A stretch of DNA of 64,000 bases from Patescibacteria group bacterium (lineage in GTDB: Bacteria > Patescibacteriota > Minisyncoccia > UBA6257 > HR35), in contig DAINRM010000003.1 of the NCBI GenBank assembly GCA_036741875.1, positions 6,683 through 70,682 on the forward strand. Reading direction: 5' to 3'. A model generated the notes under the pieces. That model was given only the letters and a program-made list of their open reading frames with translations, was not told where the DNA came from and made no database searches. The first letter of the stretch is position 1, and each line of letters opens with the position of its first letter. The position numbers were made by a program, and so were the translations under genes. This document shows positions 27,555 through 39,300 of this stretch, piece after piece.

Positions 27555-27874
27555 TTTTGAAGAGTTCCTTGAGCGCTTAATTTCTTTTCTAATTCCCTGG
27601 CTGCTTTACCTCCATGTCTTATAAACTTCCTTGTTGGTGCAAATTCTCCTAATCGATGACCTACCATATCATCAATAACTTTAACCTTTACAAATTGCTT
27701 ACCGTTATGAACTTCAAAAACTAAACCAATCATCTCTGGGGTAATTGTGGAAGCACGAGAATAAGTTCGAATAGGATGCTTATCCCAATCTTCTCTTGGC
27801 AAAGCTTTAACCTTCATAACTTTCTTTAAAAGTTTTTTATCTACAAAGGGACCTTTTTTTAAACTTCTACCCAT
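27551..27874 (-). CDS. rpsS: 30S ribosomal protein S19
   Basis: [19 protein letters not shown]...[11 protein letters not shown] is canonical S19. Confidence 0.9.
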   Translation of the reverse strand: MGRSLKKGPFVDKKLLKKVMKVKALPREDWDKHPIRTYSRASTITPEMIGLVFEVHNGKQFVKVKVIDDMVGHRLGEFAPTRKFIRHGGKAARELEKKLSAQGTLQK

Positions 27875-27876
27875 TT

Positions 27877-28722
27877 TTATTTTTTCTTGGATCTTCTTTG
27901 AATAATAAATTTATTTGAAGGTTTTCTAGGATTTCTAGTTTTTCGACCACCAGTGACATTTCCCCATTTATCCTTTGGCTTTCTTGTTCCTCTTGTTGTT
28001 TTTCCTTCTCCACCACCATAAGGATGATCTCTAGCATTCATAGCTGAACCTCTAACATTTGGCCTGATTCCTTTCCATCTGTTTCTACCAGCTTTACCTA
28101 TTCTTACATTTCTATGATCTGAATTGGAGACTCTACCAACAGTAGCATAACACTCTTTATGTATTTTTCTTATTTCTCCAGAAGGCATTTTTATAATAGC
28201 ATAATCTCCTTCTATACCCATCATCACAGCAAAACTGCCAGCCGAACGAACAAGTTTTCCCCCAGAACCAGGAAAAATTTCTATTTCGTAAATTTCTGTT
28301 CCGGGATTAATATTTTTTAATGGAAGTCTATTTCCTAATTTTATTTCTACATTTTCACCGCATAAAATTGTATCTCCAACTCTTATTCCTTCAGGAGCTA
28401 GATGATATCTTCTTTCACCATCAAAATAACATACTCTCATAATAAAAGCGGTTCTATTAGGATCATATTCAATAGTTTCTACTTTCGCGGCAACGTTTTT
28501 TTTATCTAATCTTGAAAAGTCAACAAGTCTATAAAGTCTTCGATGATAAGGATTAGCTCTGAATCTTACCGTAATTCTTCCTTGATTATTTCTGGCTGTT
28601 CTTTTTTTTAAAGAAACTAAAAGAGGTTTATAAGGCTCATTTTCTGTCAAAACAGATTTGTAATCAATAACTGTCTTAACAATTTTACTTTTACTTCTTG
28701 ATTTAACTGTTTTCACTGGCAT
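27877..28722 (-). CDS. rplB: 50S ribosomal protein L2
   Basis: 281 aa. [30 protein letters not shown] is an L2 signature. Confidence 0.9.
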   Translation of the reverse strand: MPVKTVKSRSKSKIVKTVIDYKSVLTENEPYKPLLVSLKKRTARNNQGRITVRFRANPYHRRLYRLVDFSRLDKKNVAAKVETIEYDPNRTAFIMRVCYFDGERRYHLAPEGIRVGDTILCGENVEIKLGNRLPLKNINPGTEIYEIEIFPGSGGKLVRSAGSFAVMMGIEGDYAIIKMPSGEIRKIHKECYATVGRVSNSDHRNVRIGKAGRNRWKGIRPNVRGSAMNARDHPYGGGEGKTTRGTRKPKDKWGNVTGGRKTRNPRKPSNKFIIQRRSKKK

Positions 28723-28773
28723 TTTTAAAACAAAAATAAAAAAGCGCTTTTTTAATTATAACATAAACACACT

Positions 28774-29175
28774 TTATTCGAAAAGAGGTATTCTTTCTCC
28801 TTTTTCTAAAAAGACAATAGCTTTCTTAAATTTTGGTCTTAATGTTTTTATTCTTACGATGGTTCCTCTAACTCTTTTTTGATAATTAATAGTTCTTATT
28901 TTTTTTACTTTAACGCCGAAAAGTTTTTTAATAATGTTTTTTATTTGATTTTTATTTAGTTTAGGATCAACAAGAAAAGTATAGGCATTATTCTCTCTTA
29001 TAAGCTTCATAGACTTTTCAGAAAAAAGGGGTACAAAAAGATAATTTTCAGAAAGAGAGTCTTTCAAAGATAATTCTATCTTTTCTTCGCTAAGTTTTTC
29101 TTCCCTTTCTTTTTCTTCTTCTTTCTTTTTCTTTCCCCAAATTTTTCCTCCCCAAATTTTATCCCAAAGAGACAT
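28774..29175 (-). CDS. rplW: 50S ribosomal protein L23 with a roughly 38-aa K/E-rich N-terminal extension
   Basis: C-terminal roughly 95 aa (FVPLFSEKSMKLIRENNAYTFLVDPKLNKNQIKNIIKKLFGVKV...) align to L23. N-terminal extension MSLWDKIWGGKIWGKKKKEEEKEREEKLSEEK. Confidence 0.8.
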   Translation of the reverse strand: MSLWDKIWGGKIWGKKKKEEEKEREEKLSEEKIELSLKDSLSENYLFVPLFSEKSMKLIRENNAYTFLVDPKLNKNQIKNIIKKLFGVKVKKIRTINYQKRVRGTIVRIKTLRPKFKKAIVFLEKGERIPLFE

Positions 29176-29177
29176 TT

Positions 29178-29825
29178 TTAAATCTTAAAAGTTTCTTTAA
29201 TTTTTTCTATCGCCCCTTTTTCCAAAAAAACATATTTATGATTTAAAAGATAAAGAATATTTAAATTGCGTGCTTCGATAGCAAAAGCATAAGGAAGATT
29301 TCTTGTTCCTTTAATAACTTCCTTTTTATTATTTTCTAAAACAAGTAAAACTGTTTCTCTTTTCTTTTTTGTTTTTCTCTCTTTTAAAAATTTTTCAAGA
29401 AGTTTTGCCATTTCTTTTGTTTTTCCATTTACAAAATCAAAATTTTCAAATATTTTTAAATAATTATTTCTTAATTTTTCTGCTAAAACCATAAGAATAG
29501 CTTTTCTTTTCATTTTTTTGTTTATTTTTAAAGTTCTCTTTTTTTCTTTTCTCGGACCAAAGGTTACACCACCACCTTTCCAAAGAGGTGATCTTATTGA
29601 TCCATGTCTAGCTCTTCCTGTATGTTTTTGAGGCCATGGTTTTCTGCCGCCTCCTCTTACCTCAGCTCTTGTTTTAGTGTGAGCATAAGGAAAGTAAGAA
29701 TTCATCATCTGCCATCTGACTACTTGATGCACTAAATTTTCATTAAATTCTAAATTAGCAATCTTTTCAGGAAATTCAATTTCTTCAACTATCTTGCCTT
29801 CTTTGTCATACACAGGTAACTTCAT
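29178..29825 (-). CDS. rplD: 50S ribosomal protein L4
   Basis: 215 aa. Position between L3 and L23. RGGGRKPWPQKHTGRARHGSIRSPLWKGGGVTFGP is an L4 signature. Confidence 0.85.
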   Translation of the reverse strand: MKLPVYDKEGKIVEEIEFPEKIANLEFNENLVHQVVRWQMMNSYFPYAHTKTRAEVRGGGRKPWPQKHTGRARHGSIRSPLWKGGGVTFGPRKEKKRTLKINKKMKRKAILMVLAEKLRNNYLKIFENFDFVNGKTKEMAKLLEKFLKERKTKKKRETVLLVLENNKKEVIKGTRNLPYAFAIEARNLNILYLLNHKYVFLEKGAIEKIKETFKI

Positions 29826-29833
29826 TTTAATTT

Positions 29834-30517
29834 TTAAACTTTAATTAATTTAGAAATTTTTTTAGTTAAGAAAATATTACCTTTATTAGAAAGAAAATTA
29901 CTTCTTATTTCAACGATTTTTTTATTAGCTCCAGGTACACTACCTTTAACAACTAAAAGATGGTGTTCTGGTAAAATATCAACAATTTCTAAATTTTTAA
30001 CTGTTACTCTTAAGGGAGAAATTTTACCTGCCATTTTTTTTCCTTTAATAACTCTCTGAGGATTGGTTCCCCCTATTGATCCAGGATGTCTTAATCTATC
30101 TTCTTGTCCATGACTTTTTGGTCCACCGCTAAAGCCATGTCTTTTAACTACTCCTTGAAATCCTTTAGCCTTTCTTTCAGCTGAAATATTTACATATTCA
30201 CCACTTTGAAAAATATCAACGTCCAAAACATCACCCATTTTAAATTCAGGATCAAAAGGAAGTCGAAATTCTCTAATAACTTCAAAATTTCCTAAATCTT
30301 TCAACATGCCTTTAAGGGGTTTTGGCAAATTTTTTTTATATCCAAAACCTAATAAAACTGAAGAATAACCATCTTTTTCTTTAGTTTTTACACCTACAAC
30401 ATAATTAGGGCCAGCTAAAATAACTGTAACCGGCACTAAAAAATCATTCTTAAAAATTTGAGTCATACCTATTTTTCTGCCTAATAAAAATTTTGGTTTT
30501 AAATTTAATTTTTCCAT
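29834..30517 (-). CDS. rplC: 50S ribosomal protein L3
   Basis: 227 aa. KIGMTQIF...AGPNYVVGVKT... is L3-like. Confidence 0.9.
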   Translation of the reverse strand: MEKLNLKPKFLLGRKIGMTQIFKNDFLVPVTVILAGPNYVVGVKTKEKDGYSSVLLGFGYKKNLPKPLKGMLKDLGNFEVIREFRLPFDPEFKMGDVLDVDIFQSGEYVNISAERKAKGFQGVVKRHGFSGGPKSHGQEDRLRHPGSIGGTNPQRVIKGKKMAGKISPLRVTVKNLEIVDILPEHHLLVVKGSVPGANKKIVEIRSNFLSNKGNIFLTKKISKLIKV

Positions 30518-30546
30518 TTTAAAATTTTCAGCAAAAGTTTTAAGTC

Positions 30547-30876
30547 TTAAATAAGTTTAATTTCTACCTCGATACCAGCTGGTAAATCTAAAGAGTTAAG
30601 CAGTTCTAAAACTCTTTGTGAAGGATTGATAATATCTATAATTCTTTTATGAATAACAATTTCAAATTGCTCTCGAGAATCTTTATAAATAAAAGGAGAA
30701 CGATTCACTGTATATCTTCGATATTCGGTAGGTAATGGTATTGGTCCTTTAATAGAAATACCTTCTTTACTTAAAAGACTAACAATTTCTTTAAGATACT
30801 TATCTAAAAGTCTGTGGTCATAAGATTTAAATCTAATCCTAACTCTATTTTCTGTCTTTGAGGTTACTTTAGGCAT
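30547..30876 (-). CDS. rpsJ: 30S ribosomal protein S10
   Basis: 109 aa. RIRFKSYDHRLLD...PIPLPTEYRRYTVNRSPFIYKDSREQFE is an S10 signature. Confidence 0.9.
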   Translation of the reverse strand: MPKVTSKTENRVRIRFKSYDHRLLDKYLKEIVSLLSKEGISIKGPIPLPTEYRRYTVNRSPFIYKDSREQFEIVIHKRIIDIINPSQRVLELLNSLDLPAGIEVEIKLI

Positions 30877-30885
30877 TTTTTATTT

Positions 30886-32082
30886 TTACTTCATTATTTT
30901 AGTTACCACACCTGCACCAACAGTTTTACCACCCTCTCGAATAGCAAACCTTAATCCTTCCTCTAAGGCAATAGGATAAATAAGTGTTACTTTTATTTTA
31001 GCATTATCTCCAGGATTAATAAATTCAATACCTTCTGAAAGTTTTATTTCACCAGTCACGTCAGTAGTTCGGAAATAGAATTGTGGTTTATATCCTGAAG
31101 TAAAAGGAGTATGCCTACCTCCTTCTTCTGGCGTAAGAACATAGACTTCTGCTTCAAATTCAGTATGGGGAGTAATAGTTCCTGGCTTAGCTACCACCAT
31201 TCCTCTTTCTACATCTTCTTTTTTAACACCTCTTAAAAGAAGACCAACATTGTCTCCAGCAATAGCTTCATCCATATCTTTATGAAACATTTGAATACCA
31301 GTAACCACTGTTTTAAATGGCTCATGTCTTAAACCAACAACTTCAACTTCTTCGTTTAAAGCAATTTTACCTCTTTCAACTCTTCCTGTAACAACCGTAC
31401 CTCTACCTTCAATAAGAAAGACATCTTCGATAGGCATTAAAAATGGTTTATCAATTTCTCTTAGTGGCTCGGGAATATAGTTGTCTAAAGCATCAAGAAG
31501 TTCTAAAATTGGCTTTACCCAAGGATCATCAAGTGATTTTGCTTCTAAAGCTTTCAAAGCTGAACCACGAATAACTGGAACTTCGTCTCCTGGGTAACCA
31601 TGTTTTTTAAGCTCAGCTCTAACATCTTCTTCAACTAAATCAAGAAGTTCTATATCTTGTACCATATCAACTTTATTAATAAAAACAACAATAGCGGGCA
31701 CATTAACTTGACGAGCAAGTAAAATATGTTCTCTTGTTTGAGCCATAACTCCGTCATTAGCGGCAACAACTAAAATAGCGCCATCCATTTGAGCTGCTCC
31801 GACAATCATGTTTTTAACATAGTCAGCGTGTCCAGGGCAGTCAATATGAGCATAATGTCTTTTATCTGTTTCATATTCACAATGGTGAATATTAATGGTA
31901 ATTCCTCGAGCTCTTTCTTCTGGAGCTTTGTCAATTTCTTCATATGTCAAAGCTTTTTCTACTAAACCCTTGAGTTTTAGAACATGCAAGATAGCTGCTG
32001 TTAAGGTTGTTTTACCATGATCAATATGACCAATAGTACCCACATTAAGATGAGGTTTTGTTCTTTCAAATTTTGCTGCCAT
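30886..32082 (-). CDS. tuf: Elongation factor Tu
   Basis: [31 protein letters not shown]...[13 protein letters not shown] is canonical EF-Tu. Confidence 0.95.
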   Translation of the reverse strand: MAAKFERTKPHLNVGTIGHIDHGKTTLTAAILHVLKLKGLVEKALTYEEIDKAPEERARGITINIHHCEYETDKRHYAHIDCPGHADYVKNMIVGAAQMDGAILVVAANDGVMAQTREHILLARQVNVPAIVVFINKVDMVQDIELLDLVEEDVRAELKKHGYPGDEVPVIRGSALKALEAKSLDDPWVKPILELLDALDNYIPEPLREIDKPFLMPIEDVFLIEGRGTVVTGRVERGKIALNEEVEVVGLRHEPFKTVVTGIQMFHKDMDEAIAGDNVGLLLRGVKKEDVERGMVVAKPGTITPHTEFEAEVYVLTPEEGGRHTPFTSGYKPQFYFRTTDVTGEIKLSEGIEFINPGDNAKIKVTLIYPIALEEGLRFAIREGGKTVGAGVVTKIMK

Positions 32083-32165
32083 TTTAAATTTAATGAGAAA
32101 AATAAAAAAGCGACCTCAATATTTGAATTAATTTTAACATAAAAATCTTACTAAAGTCAATAAAA

Positions 32166-33998
32166 TCATGGTTCAGCTTTTTTAGAAATTCTTAAATCTT
32201 CGAAAATATTTAAAACCTCTTCTATACTTTTTTCACCTACATCGCCTTTATTTCTCACTCTTAAAGAAACGCTACCATTCTTTTCTTCTTTTTCACCTAC
32301 TACTAAAATAAATGGAATTCTTTCTTCTTCAGCAATTAAAATTCTTTTTGATAGGGTTTCTTCGCTTCTTACCTCGCCATAAAAATTCTTAGATTTTAAA
32401 ACCTCATTTACTTTAAAAGCATATTTTAAATTTCTATCACTTATGGGCAAAATGACATATTCTATAGGCGAAAGCCAGAAAGGAAGGTTACCCTTAGTTG
32501 CTTCTAAAAGAAAACCTATAAATCTTTCATAAGAGCCTAAAATAGCTCGATGGATAATAATTGGGTAGGCCTTTTTGTTTTCCTTATTTATATAATAAAG
32601 ATCCATTCTCTTAGGAACTAAAATATCTACTTGAATTGTAGCGATTGTTTCTTCTTTACCATAAATATTTCTTGTCTGAATATCAAGTTTGGGACCATAA
32701 AAAGCAGCTTCTCCTAAAACGGGAACAAGTCCCAGATTTTTCTTTTTACAAGCAGATTCTATAATCTTACTTGCCCATTTCCAAAGTTTTAAATCTCCTC
32801 CATATTTTTCTTTATTTTTGCCTTTAAAATCAGGAAGTGAAAGCCTAAACCAGTATTTTCCTTCAAAAACTTTAATTTCTTTAAAAACTTCAAGAAAAAG
32901 ATCAACAACACCTAAAAACTCTTCTTCTAAATTTTCTTCAGTGACGTAAATATGGGAATCATTTTGTGTGATAGGTCCACGAACTCTCATAAGTCCATAG
33001 GTTTCACCAGATTTTTCAACGCGATAAACTGGTCCAGCCTCAGCTAAACGTAGGGGAAGATCTCGGTAACTTTTAACAAGCTCTAAATAAATCATATGGT
33101 GATGGGGACAATTCATAGGTTTTAGATAAAAATTATCACCTTCAGGATCGATGACTTTATACATATCGTTTTGATAATATTTAAGATGTCCACTTTTTTC
33201 ATAAAGACGCCAAGAGGCAATGTGTGGTGTAGAAACATATTTATAACCTCTTTTCTCTTCCTTTTCTCGCATATAGCTTAAAAGTTTATATTTAATTCTT
33301 TCTCCATTAGGCAAAAGGAGAGGAAGTCCCTTACCAACATATTCGGAAACCATAAAAATTTTTAGTTTTTCTCCTAAAGCCCTATGATTATATTTTTCTA
33401 TTTCTTCTTGTATTTTCAAGTATTTTTCTAATTCTTCTTTTGTTTCAAAAGCGGCTCCATAAATTCTCGTCAGCATTGGATTATTTTCATCGCCCCTCCA
33501 ATAAGCACCAGCAATTTTTATAAGTTTGAAAGCTTCGGGGTTTATTTCTTTTGTATTTTTTACATGACCACCGCGACAAAGATCAACAAAATCACCAGTA
33601 AAATAAATAGTCACCTTATTTATTTTTTTTGCTTTCTTTTTTTTAGCCTTAATTAAACTAATCTTTTTATAATCTGTAGTTCCATAAGTTTTTAAGTCTT
33701 TAATAAGTTCTAGTTTAAAGGGTTGATCTTTAAAAATTTTTTCTGCTTCTTTAAAAGAGACTTTTTTACCCTTAAAGGTTAATTTTTGATTAATTATTTC
33801 TTTCATCAAACTTTCTAATTTTTCTAAATAGCTTTCATCTATTTTAAAGGAAAAAAGAATATCATAGTAAAAACCACTTTCTGTTGTTGGACCTATTCCT
33901 AATTTTGCTTGAGGATCAATCTTTAAAGCTGCCGCAGCTAAAATATGAGCCAAAGAATGCCTCAAACTATCAAGTTTATTTTTATTTTTCTTTGGCAT
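32166..33998 (-). CDS. thrS: Threonyl-tRNA synthetase
   Basis: N2/editing domain motif LRHSLAHILAAAA. Class II core with the Zn-binding residues CPHHH. Confidence 0.85.
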   Translation of the reverse strand: MPKKNKNKLDSLRHSLAHILAAAALKIDPQAKLGIGPTTESGFYYDILFSFKIDESYLEKLESLMKEIINQKLTFKGKKVSFKEAEKIFKDQPFKLELIKDLKTYGTTDYKKISLIKAKKKKAKKINKVTIYFTGDFVDLCRGGHVKNTKEINPEAFKLIKIAGAYWRGDENNPMLTRIYGAAFETKEELEKYLKIQEEIEKYNHRALGEKLKIFMVSEYVGKGLPLLLPNGERIKYKLLSYMREKEEKRGYKYVSTPHIASWRLYEKSGHLKYYQNDMYKVIDPEGDNFYLKPMNCPHHHMIYLELVKSYRDLPLRLAEAGPVYRVEKSGETYGLMRVRGPITQNDSHIYVTEENLEEEFLGVVDLFLEVFKEIKVFEGKYWFRLSLPDFKGKNKEKYGGDLKLWKWASKIIESACKKKNLGLVPVLGEAAFYGPKLDIQTRNIYGKEETIATIQVDILVPKRMDLYYINKENKKAYPIIIHRAILGSYERFIGFLLEATKGNLPFWLSPIEYVILPISDRNLKYAFKVNEVLKSKNFYGEVRSEETLSKRILIAEEERIPFILVVGEKEEKNGSVSLRVRNKGDVGEKSIEEVLNIFEDLRISKKAEP

Positions 33999-34167
33999 TT
34001 TTTATGTATAAAAGAAAAATTATTATCGCCACATCAATTAAACCTAAAATAAGAAAAAGATAATAGCTTTTATTATAAAAGAATTTTAAATTTAAAAAAA
34101 GAAAAATTGTCAGAATAAAATCTGCTGTTAAAAAACCTAAAAGGAAATTAATCATTTTAAATTTCAA
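33982..34167 (-). CDS. Hypothetical small two-TM membrane protein (61 aa)
   Basis: ORF with two hydrophobic segments. Overlaps the thrS start and the dtd stop. Confidence 0.25.
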   Translation of the reverse strand: MKFKMINFLLGFLTADFILTIFLFLNLKFFYNKSYYLFLILGLIDVAIIIFLLYIKNAKEK

Positions 34168-34573
34168 TGATAAAATTTATCGGCCCGATATTTATATAAG
34201 AAATTTCTAAAAAAGAGCCAAATTCTTTATAAAAAACTTCGTAACCTAAATTTTGCCAAATCTTAACAAAATCATTAAAAATTTTTTTAGCTTTTTCTGG
34301 CTCTAAAGCTTGATTGAAATTTATTCTAAATTTTTCAAAGTTGGCTAACAAAGTAATATTAGAAATAAAAATAAGTATTGGTTTTAAATCTTTAATTTTT
34401 TGGAAAAACTTTCCTTCTTTATCAACAATCTGTAAATTTTCTAAATAATTAACAATTTCTTTTAAATTTTTATTCTCATCTCCCTTTTCAATGCCAACAA
34501 AAATTAAAAAACCCTCATTTATTTCTATTTCATCAATTTTTAAATTTTTAATTTTTTGAATTAAAAGTTTCAT
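34157..34573 (-). CDS. dtd: D-aminoacyl-tRNA deacylase
   Basis: MKLLIQKI..GFLIFVGIEKGD (DTD MIALIQRV..GLLVLLGVEKDD), ILIFISNITLLAN (DTD SQFTLAAD block) and C-terminal INIGPINFIIEI (DTD NDGPVTFWLQV). Confidence 0.7.
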   Translation of the reverse strand: MKLLIQKIKNLKIDEIEINEGFLIFVGIEKGDENKNLKEIVNYLENLQIVDKEGKFFQKIKDLKPILIFISNITLLANFEKFRINFNQALEPEKAKKIFNDFVKIWQNLGYEVFYKEFGSFLEISYINIGPINFIIEI

Positions 34574-36336
34574 TTTATTTTTAAAATTTTAATTAAAACT
34601 TTGTTAGGTACTTTTACTTTACCTTTAAAAAGTTTTTCCAATTTCTTTTTACCTTTCTTTTGTTTTTGCCAAAGTTTCATTTTTCTTGTTCTATCACCAC
34701 CATAAAGCCAACCAGCAATATCTCTATAAATAGCTGGTACAGTTTCTCTAGCTATAATTCTTCCACCAATTTTTGCTTGGAGTTTTATGGGAAATTCTTG
34801 TCTTTCTAGGTTTTCTTTTAAAGAAAGAAGAATTTTTCGAGCTACTTTTTCTGCTTTATTTTTAGGCAAAATTCGAGAAAGACTAGGTTCAATTTCTTCA
34901 GCAATTAAAATGTCAAGTTTTACTAAATCACTTTTTTCATAACACAAAAATTCCCATCTTAAAGAAGCATATCCAGAAGAAACAGATTTTAGGTCATCGA
35001 AAAATCCCGAGATTAATTCATCTAAGGGCATTTTAGCTTTTATCTTTACAAAAATTTTTTCTGTATTGACATATAAAATCTCTCCTCTGTTTTCTCTTAT
35101 TATTTCTAAAATGTTATTTAAATATTGTGGTGGGGTAAAAATTTCTACCTCCGTTTTTGGTTCTTGAATTTCTAAAATTTTATCTTCAGGAGGAAGTTCA
35201 TTGGGGTTTTTAATTTCTTTAATCTCTCCATTTTTGAGTTTTACTAAATATTTAACAGAGGGCATAGTAATTATAATTTCTGTATTAAATTCTCTTTTTA
35301 GTCTTTCTTCAAAAATTTCTAAATGTAAGAGCCCTAAACAACCTATATTAAAACCTCTACCAAAAAGAGGATGGCTTGCTGGTTCAACAAAAAGAGAAGG
35401 ATCATTAAGTCTTAGTTTGTTTAAACTTTCTTTAAAAGTATCAAAACTAATTTCTTCTGAAGGATAAACAGAAGCAAAAATATTTGATTGAGGACTTTTA
35501 TAACCAGATAGAGGTTCAGTTTCTAAATCTAAAGTAATGGTCTCTCCAATAGTTAAAATTCCTGAGTCTTTTATTCCTGTAGCAATAAAACCAATCATAC
35601 CTTCTTTAAGTTCTTCTATTTCTTTAAGATCAGGTTTAAAAATTCCTACTTCAATAATTTTAAATTTAAATTTTTTCTGTCTTAAAAAGGCAATTTGATC
35701 TTTTTTAAACTTTCCTGAAAAAACTCTAACATGAGCAATAATACCTCTATAAGGATCAAAATGGGAATCAAAGATTAAAGCTTTAGTTTTTTCTTCTTTT
35801 AACTTTGGTGGTTTAATTTCTTCAATAATGCCATTTAAAAGTTCTTCTACCCCTGTTCCATATTTTGCTGAAACTAAATAAATTTTTTCCTTACTTGTTA
35901 ATTCTTTAATTTCTTCAATTAGATTTTCTAAATTTGGTATTTCCAGATCAATTTTATTTATTGCTGGGATAATTTCTAGATTCTGACTTTTAGCTATTTC
36001 TAAATTAGCTATGGTTTGGGCTTGAATTCCTTGAGTACCATCAACAAGTAATACAGCTCCCTCTACAGCAGCTAAAGCTCGAGAAACCTCATAAGCAAAA
36101 TCAACATGTCCTGGAGTATCAATTAAGTTAAGAAGATAACCCTTATATTCCATGGTTACTGGTTGCATTTTAATAGTAATTCCTCTTTCTCTTTCAAGAG
36201 AAAGTCTATCAAGATGTTGGGGCTTAAGTTTATCCTTAGGAACTGTACCGGTAATTTCCAAAAACCTATCTGCTAAAGTTGATTTCCCATGATCTATATG
36301 AGCAATAATAGCAAAATTTCTTATTTTATTAATCAT
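34570..36336 (-). CDS. lepA: Elongation factor 4 (LepA)
   Basis: MINKIRNFAIIAHIDHGKSTLADRFLEITG... is canonical LepA. 588 aa. Confidence 0.95.
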   Translation of the reverse strand: MINKIRNFAIIAHIDHGKSTLADRFLEITGTVPKDKLKPQHLDRLSLERERGITIKMQPVTMEYKGYLLNLIDTPGHVDFAYEVSRALAAVEGAVLLVDGTQGIQAQTIANLEIAKSQNLEIIPAINKIDLEIPNLENLIEEIKELTSKEKIYLVSAKYGTGVEELLNGIIEEIKPPKLKEEKTKALIFDSHFDPYRGIIAHVRVFSGKFKKDQIAFLRQKKFKFKIIEVGIFKPDLKEIEELKEGMIGFIATGIKDSGILTIGETITLDLETEPLSGYKSPQSNIFASVYPSEEISFDTFKESLNKLRLNDPSLFVEPASHPLFGRGFNIGCLGLLHLEIFEERLKREFNTEIIITMPSVKYLVKLKNGEIKEIKNPNELPPEDKILEIQEPKTEVEIFTPPQYLNNILEIIRENRGEILYVNTEKIFVKIKAKMPLDELISGFFDDLKSVSSGYASLRWEFLCYEKSDLVKLDILIAEEIEPSLSRILPKNKAEKVARKILLSLKENLERQEFPIKLQAKIGGRIIARETVPAIYRDIAGWLYGGDRTRKMKLWQKQKKGKKKLEKLFKGKVKVPNKVLIKILKIK

Positions 36337-36337
36337 T

Positions 36338-39300
36338 TTACTCTAGAAATAACATATTTTCTCCGTAAATTTTAAAGAAATAATCCTTATCCTCACATTT
36401 TATAAAGAAATAAACATTTTCTGGCTCTATTATCTCAAACTCATAAATTTTTTGAGGCTCTAAGAAGTAGTTTTCATATTCATCTCGGTAAAATTCATAA
36501 TAGGCAAAATTATATTCGTTTTTGCAAATTTTATCTCCTGTTTCTTTGTATTTTAAATTTAAAATCTTTTCTCCTTCTTCACTTTTAACTTTTATCTTTA
36601 AATCATTAAAACCTTGACCATCATCTCTTTTTTCTATAATTCTCAAATTGATAAGTTGATAACCCTTAGAATTATTTTCAAATGAAATTTTTTTTACTTC
36701 TCCGTTTTCATCTTCAAAAAACTTTATTTCTTTTAAGGGAATTTCGGGGTTATTATTGTATCCTGAAAATTTATAAGATAAAGTCGTTGAGGAGATTTCT
36801 GTTTCTTCTGACTTATAAAGAGAAAGATTAATTACATAATCCAGATTCAAAAAAAGATCACTAGGGCTTAAATCAATTTTAAATGAATTAAAGGTTAACG
36901 GTTTAAATCTTATTTCATCTAGATAAGAATTATTTAAAACATAAAAAAGAGATGTGGTTTCATAATAAGCTGGAGAAAGCCAACTCAAAACAAGTTCAAA
37001 TTGATGATAGGGTTTTTCTTTTGTTTCTTTAATACTATTATCAAAGGAAATTAAGGTATAAGTAGTAGAATCTTTTTTAAGTTCTAAATTGGGTTTATTA
37101 ATAGTTTTAAAAACTTTTTTTACGATCTGAGAATTGTAGGGAACTCCATCAGAAAAAACAAAAGTCTCTCTTATTAAATAGTTATAATCGTCATCAAAAG
37201 CTATATAGCCATTTCCAAGATTTTCTAACTCTTCTTGATTTAAAACTTCTTCATGGCTAATTTTTTTTCTTTCTATCACTTTATTTTCAGGTGGATTTTC
37301 TAAGCAATTAAAATTTTCTACATCACCCCAACATAAATAATCAATTAATTTATCATTATTATCAAAAAGTGCTAAACCATTATCATAAGTTAAACCATAA
37401 ACTGATGATGTAGGATAGATATAATCTGCAGAAATATTAAGGGTATTACATGTTTCCTTATTCACGATTAAAAAATAAGAAAATGGTTGAATAACAGCTT
37501 TAATTTTAGTAGGAGCCACTAGATTTAAATTGCTATAATTTCCATTCCTGGTTATCTTTTTAAGATACCAACCCGAAAGATCTATAGGAAATTCGTTGGG
37601 GTTGTAAAATTCAATAAATTCTCCTTGATTATTATCAACTCCCTTAACTATTTTGACTTTAGAAATAAGTATTTTTCCCTCATTTCTAGCATTTTCAAAG
37701 TTATCTTGTGAATGATCTATTACATGACATTCCGCTATTTGATCTTGAAAACATAAGTTTTTAGGAAATAAAACTTCAGTAGATGTTGAAGCTTGATTTT
37801 CATCATCAATAAGATCTTTAATAAAAACAAAAAACTTTATTGAAGAAGGCAAGCAATTTTCAAAGGGGATTTTAATTAAATAATCTTTAGTAGAAGAGCT
37901 TAAAGAAAAAGTGGAAGTTAGATAATTAAACAAAGAAAGATCGCTTAGGTCTGAAGAGGTTGAAACTTTAATTTCAAAATAATAATTTGATGAAAAATCT
38001 TGATCAGCGTTTAAGGAAAAATTAATTTCCAAGAATTTACCCTCTGATGAAGTTGAAATATTAACATCAAAATTTTGAAAAGTTATTTCACTTAAATCAA
38101 CAAAGTCATTTCGAGGAAGATCGGTAAAGAATGAATTTTTAGGAGAAGGTTGATGAAGCCATAAATCTTTTGAGTTATTATCAGTATCTTGAAAGTTTTT
38201 TCTTTGAATTGATTTATTATCAAAAGATTGAGCTATAAAGGGCGAATTTTCATATTGATAAATTTTTTCAATATTATCTCCATAACCAATTAAATCTGAA
38301 ATTTCTCCATTTGGTTTTCTTAAGATAATAACGTTATTATTAGCGATTGAATAACTTTCTGCATAAGATAAATCTCCTTGATATTTTTCTTTTGTTGATG
38401 AAGAAGTAATAAGGAAATAACTATAAGGTTTTATTTTGCCTTTAAATTTTGAAGAAGGAATAAGAGTTGTTAATTTTGGAGTTGAGTTTGGGTTTTGCCT
38501 TGAGGCATATTTTTCTAAACTCCAGCAAGTTAAATCTATTTCTTCGTTATTAGGGTTATAAAGCTCTATAAATTCATCTTTAGTCTCATCATCAGTTTCA
38601 AATTGAATTTCATTGATAATTATTTTGGGATAGTTTTTATTCTTGTAATCATCACAAAAGTCTTTTTTGCTACTTAAATTTGAAAAACTTCGGCCTCCAC
38701 CATAACTTAAAGTAATAGGCTTATTATTATTATTTTCTTGATTTATATTATTTTGAGAAAGTTCTTTATCAGATGTCTTTTGGGTTGAAGTAGATAAAAT
38801 TTTTGTAGAAGTTGTTAAAATTTTTGAAATTTCATTTAAGACATTTGCTATATTTGAATTTGAATTATCTTGACTTTCTTTGTTTTTACGTTGATTTTTG
38901 GGTTTTTTATAAACCTCGTAAGAATAAAATGTAATGTCTCGATTTGAAGTAATTAAATTTTGATTTAAATCTCGGTTTTGATTTTGATTTTCTAAAGAAG
39001 TTAGCTTTTTGTTTTCTGAAGTTAGGGCTTTATTCGTTTTAACTTCAGTAATGTTTTTGGAAGTAATAATAGCCGGAGTAGAATTAAAATATTTAACTGA
39101 CATAGTCTTAATTGACATTTCTAAAAATCTTTTTTTCATTTCAAGTTCAGCTAATTTCCTTTCTTTTTGTAAAGCAACTTTATCTTTAATACATTCCTTC
39201 TTTTTCTTAATAGGCCAATCATTATCAGTACATTCAGTATAATTTGTTCTAATTTTTGAAAGAGAGCAAGAAAAATCGGTGGAAGGACAATTATAAACAA

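Noticed and set aside
28737-28752. A6-GCGC-T6 perfect palindrome between rplW and rplB
   Set aside because: The stem would be almost entirely A-T, and it sits inside the ribosomal operon, which should be read through. It is not a credible terminator and is only noted.
32083-32165. thrS-tuf intergenic region inspected for a rho-independent terminator or attenuator
   Set aside because: No GC-rich dyad followed by a T-run is present, only a short gcgacc segment. No call was made.
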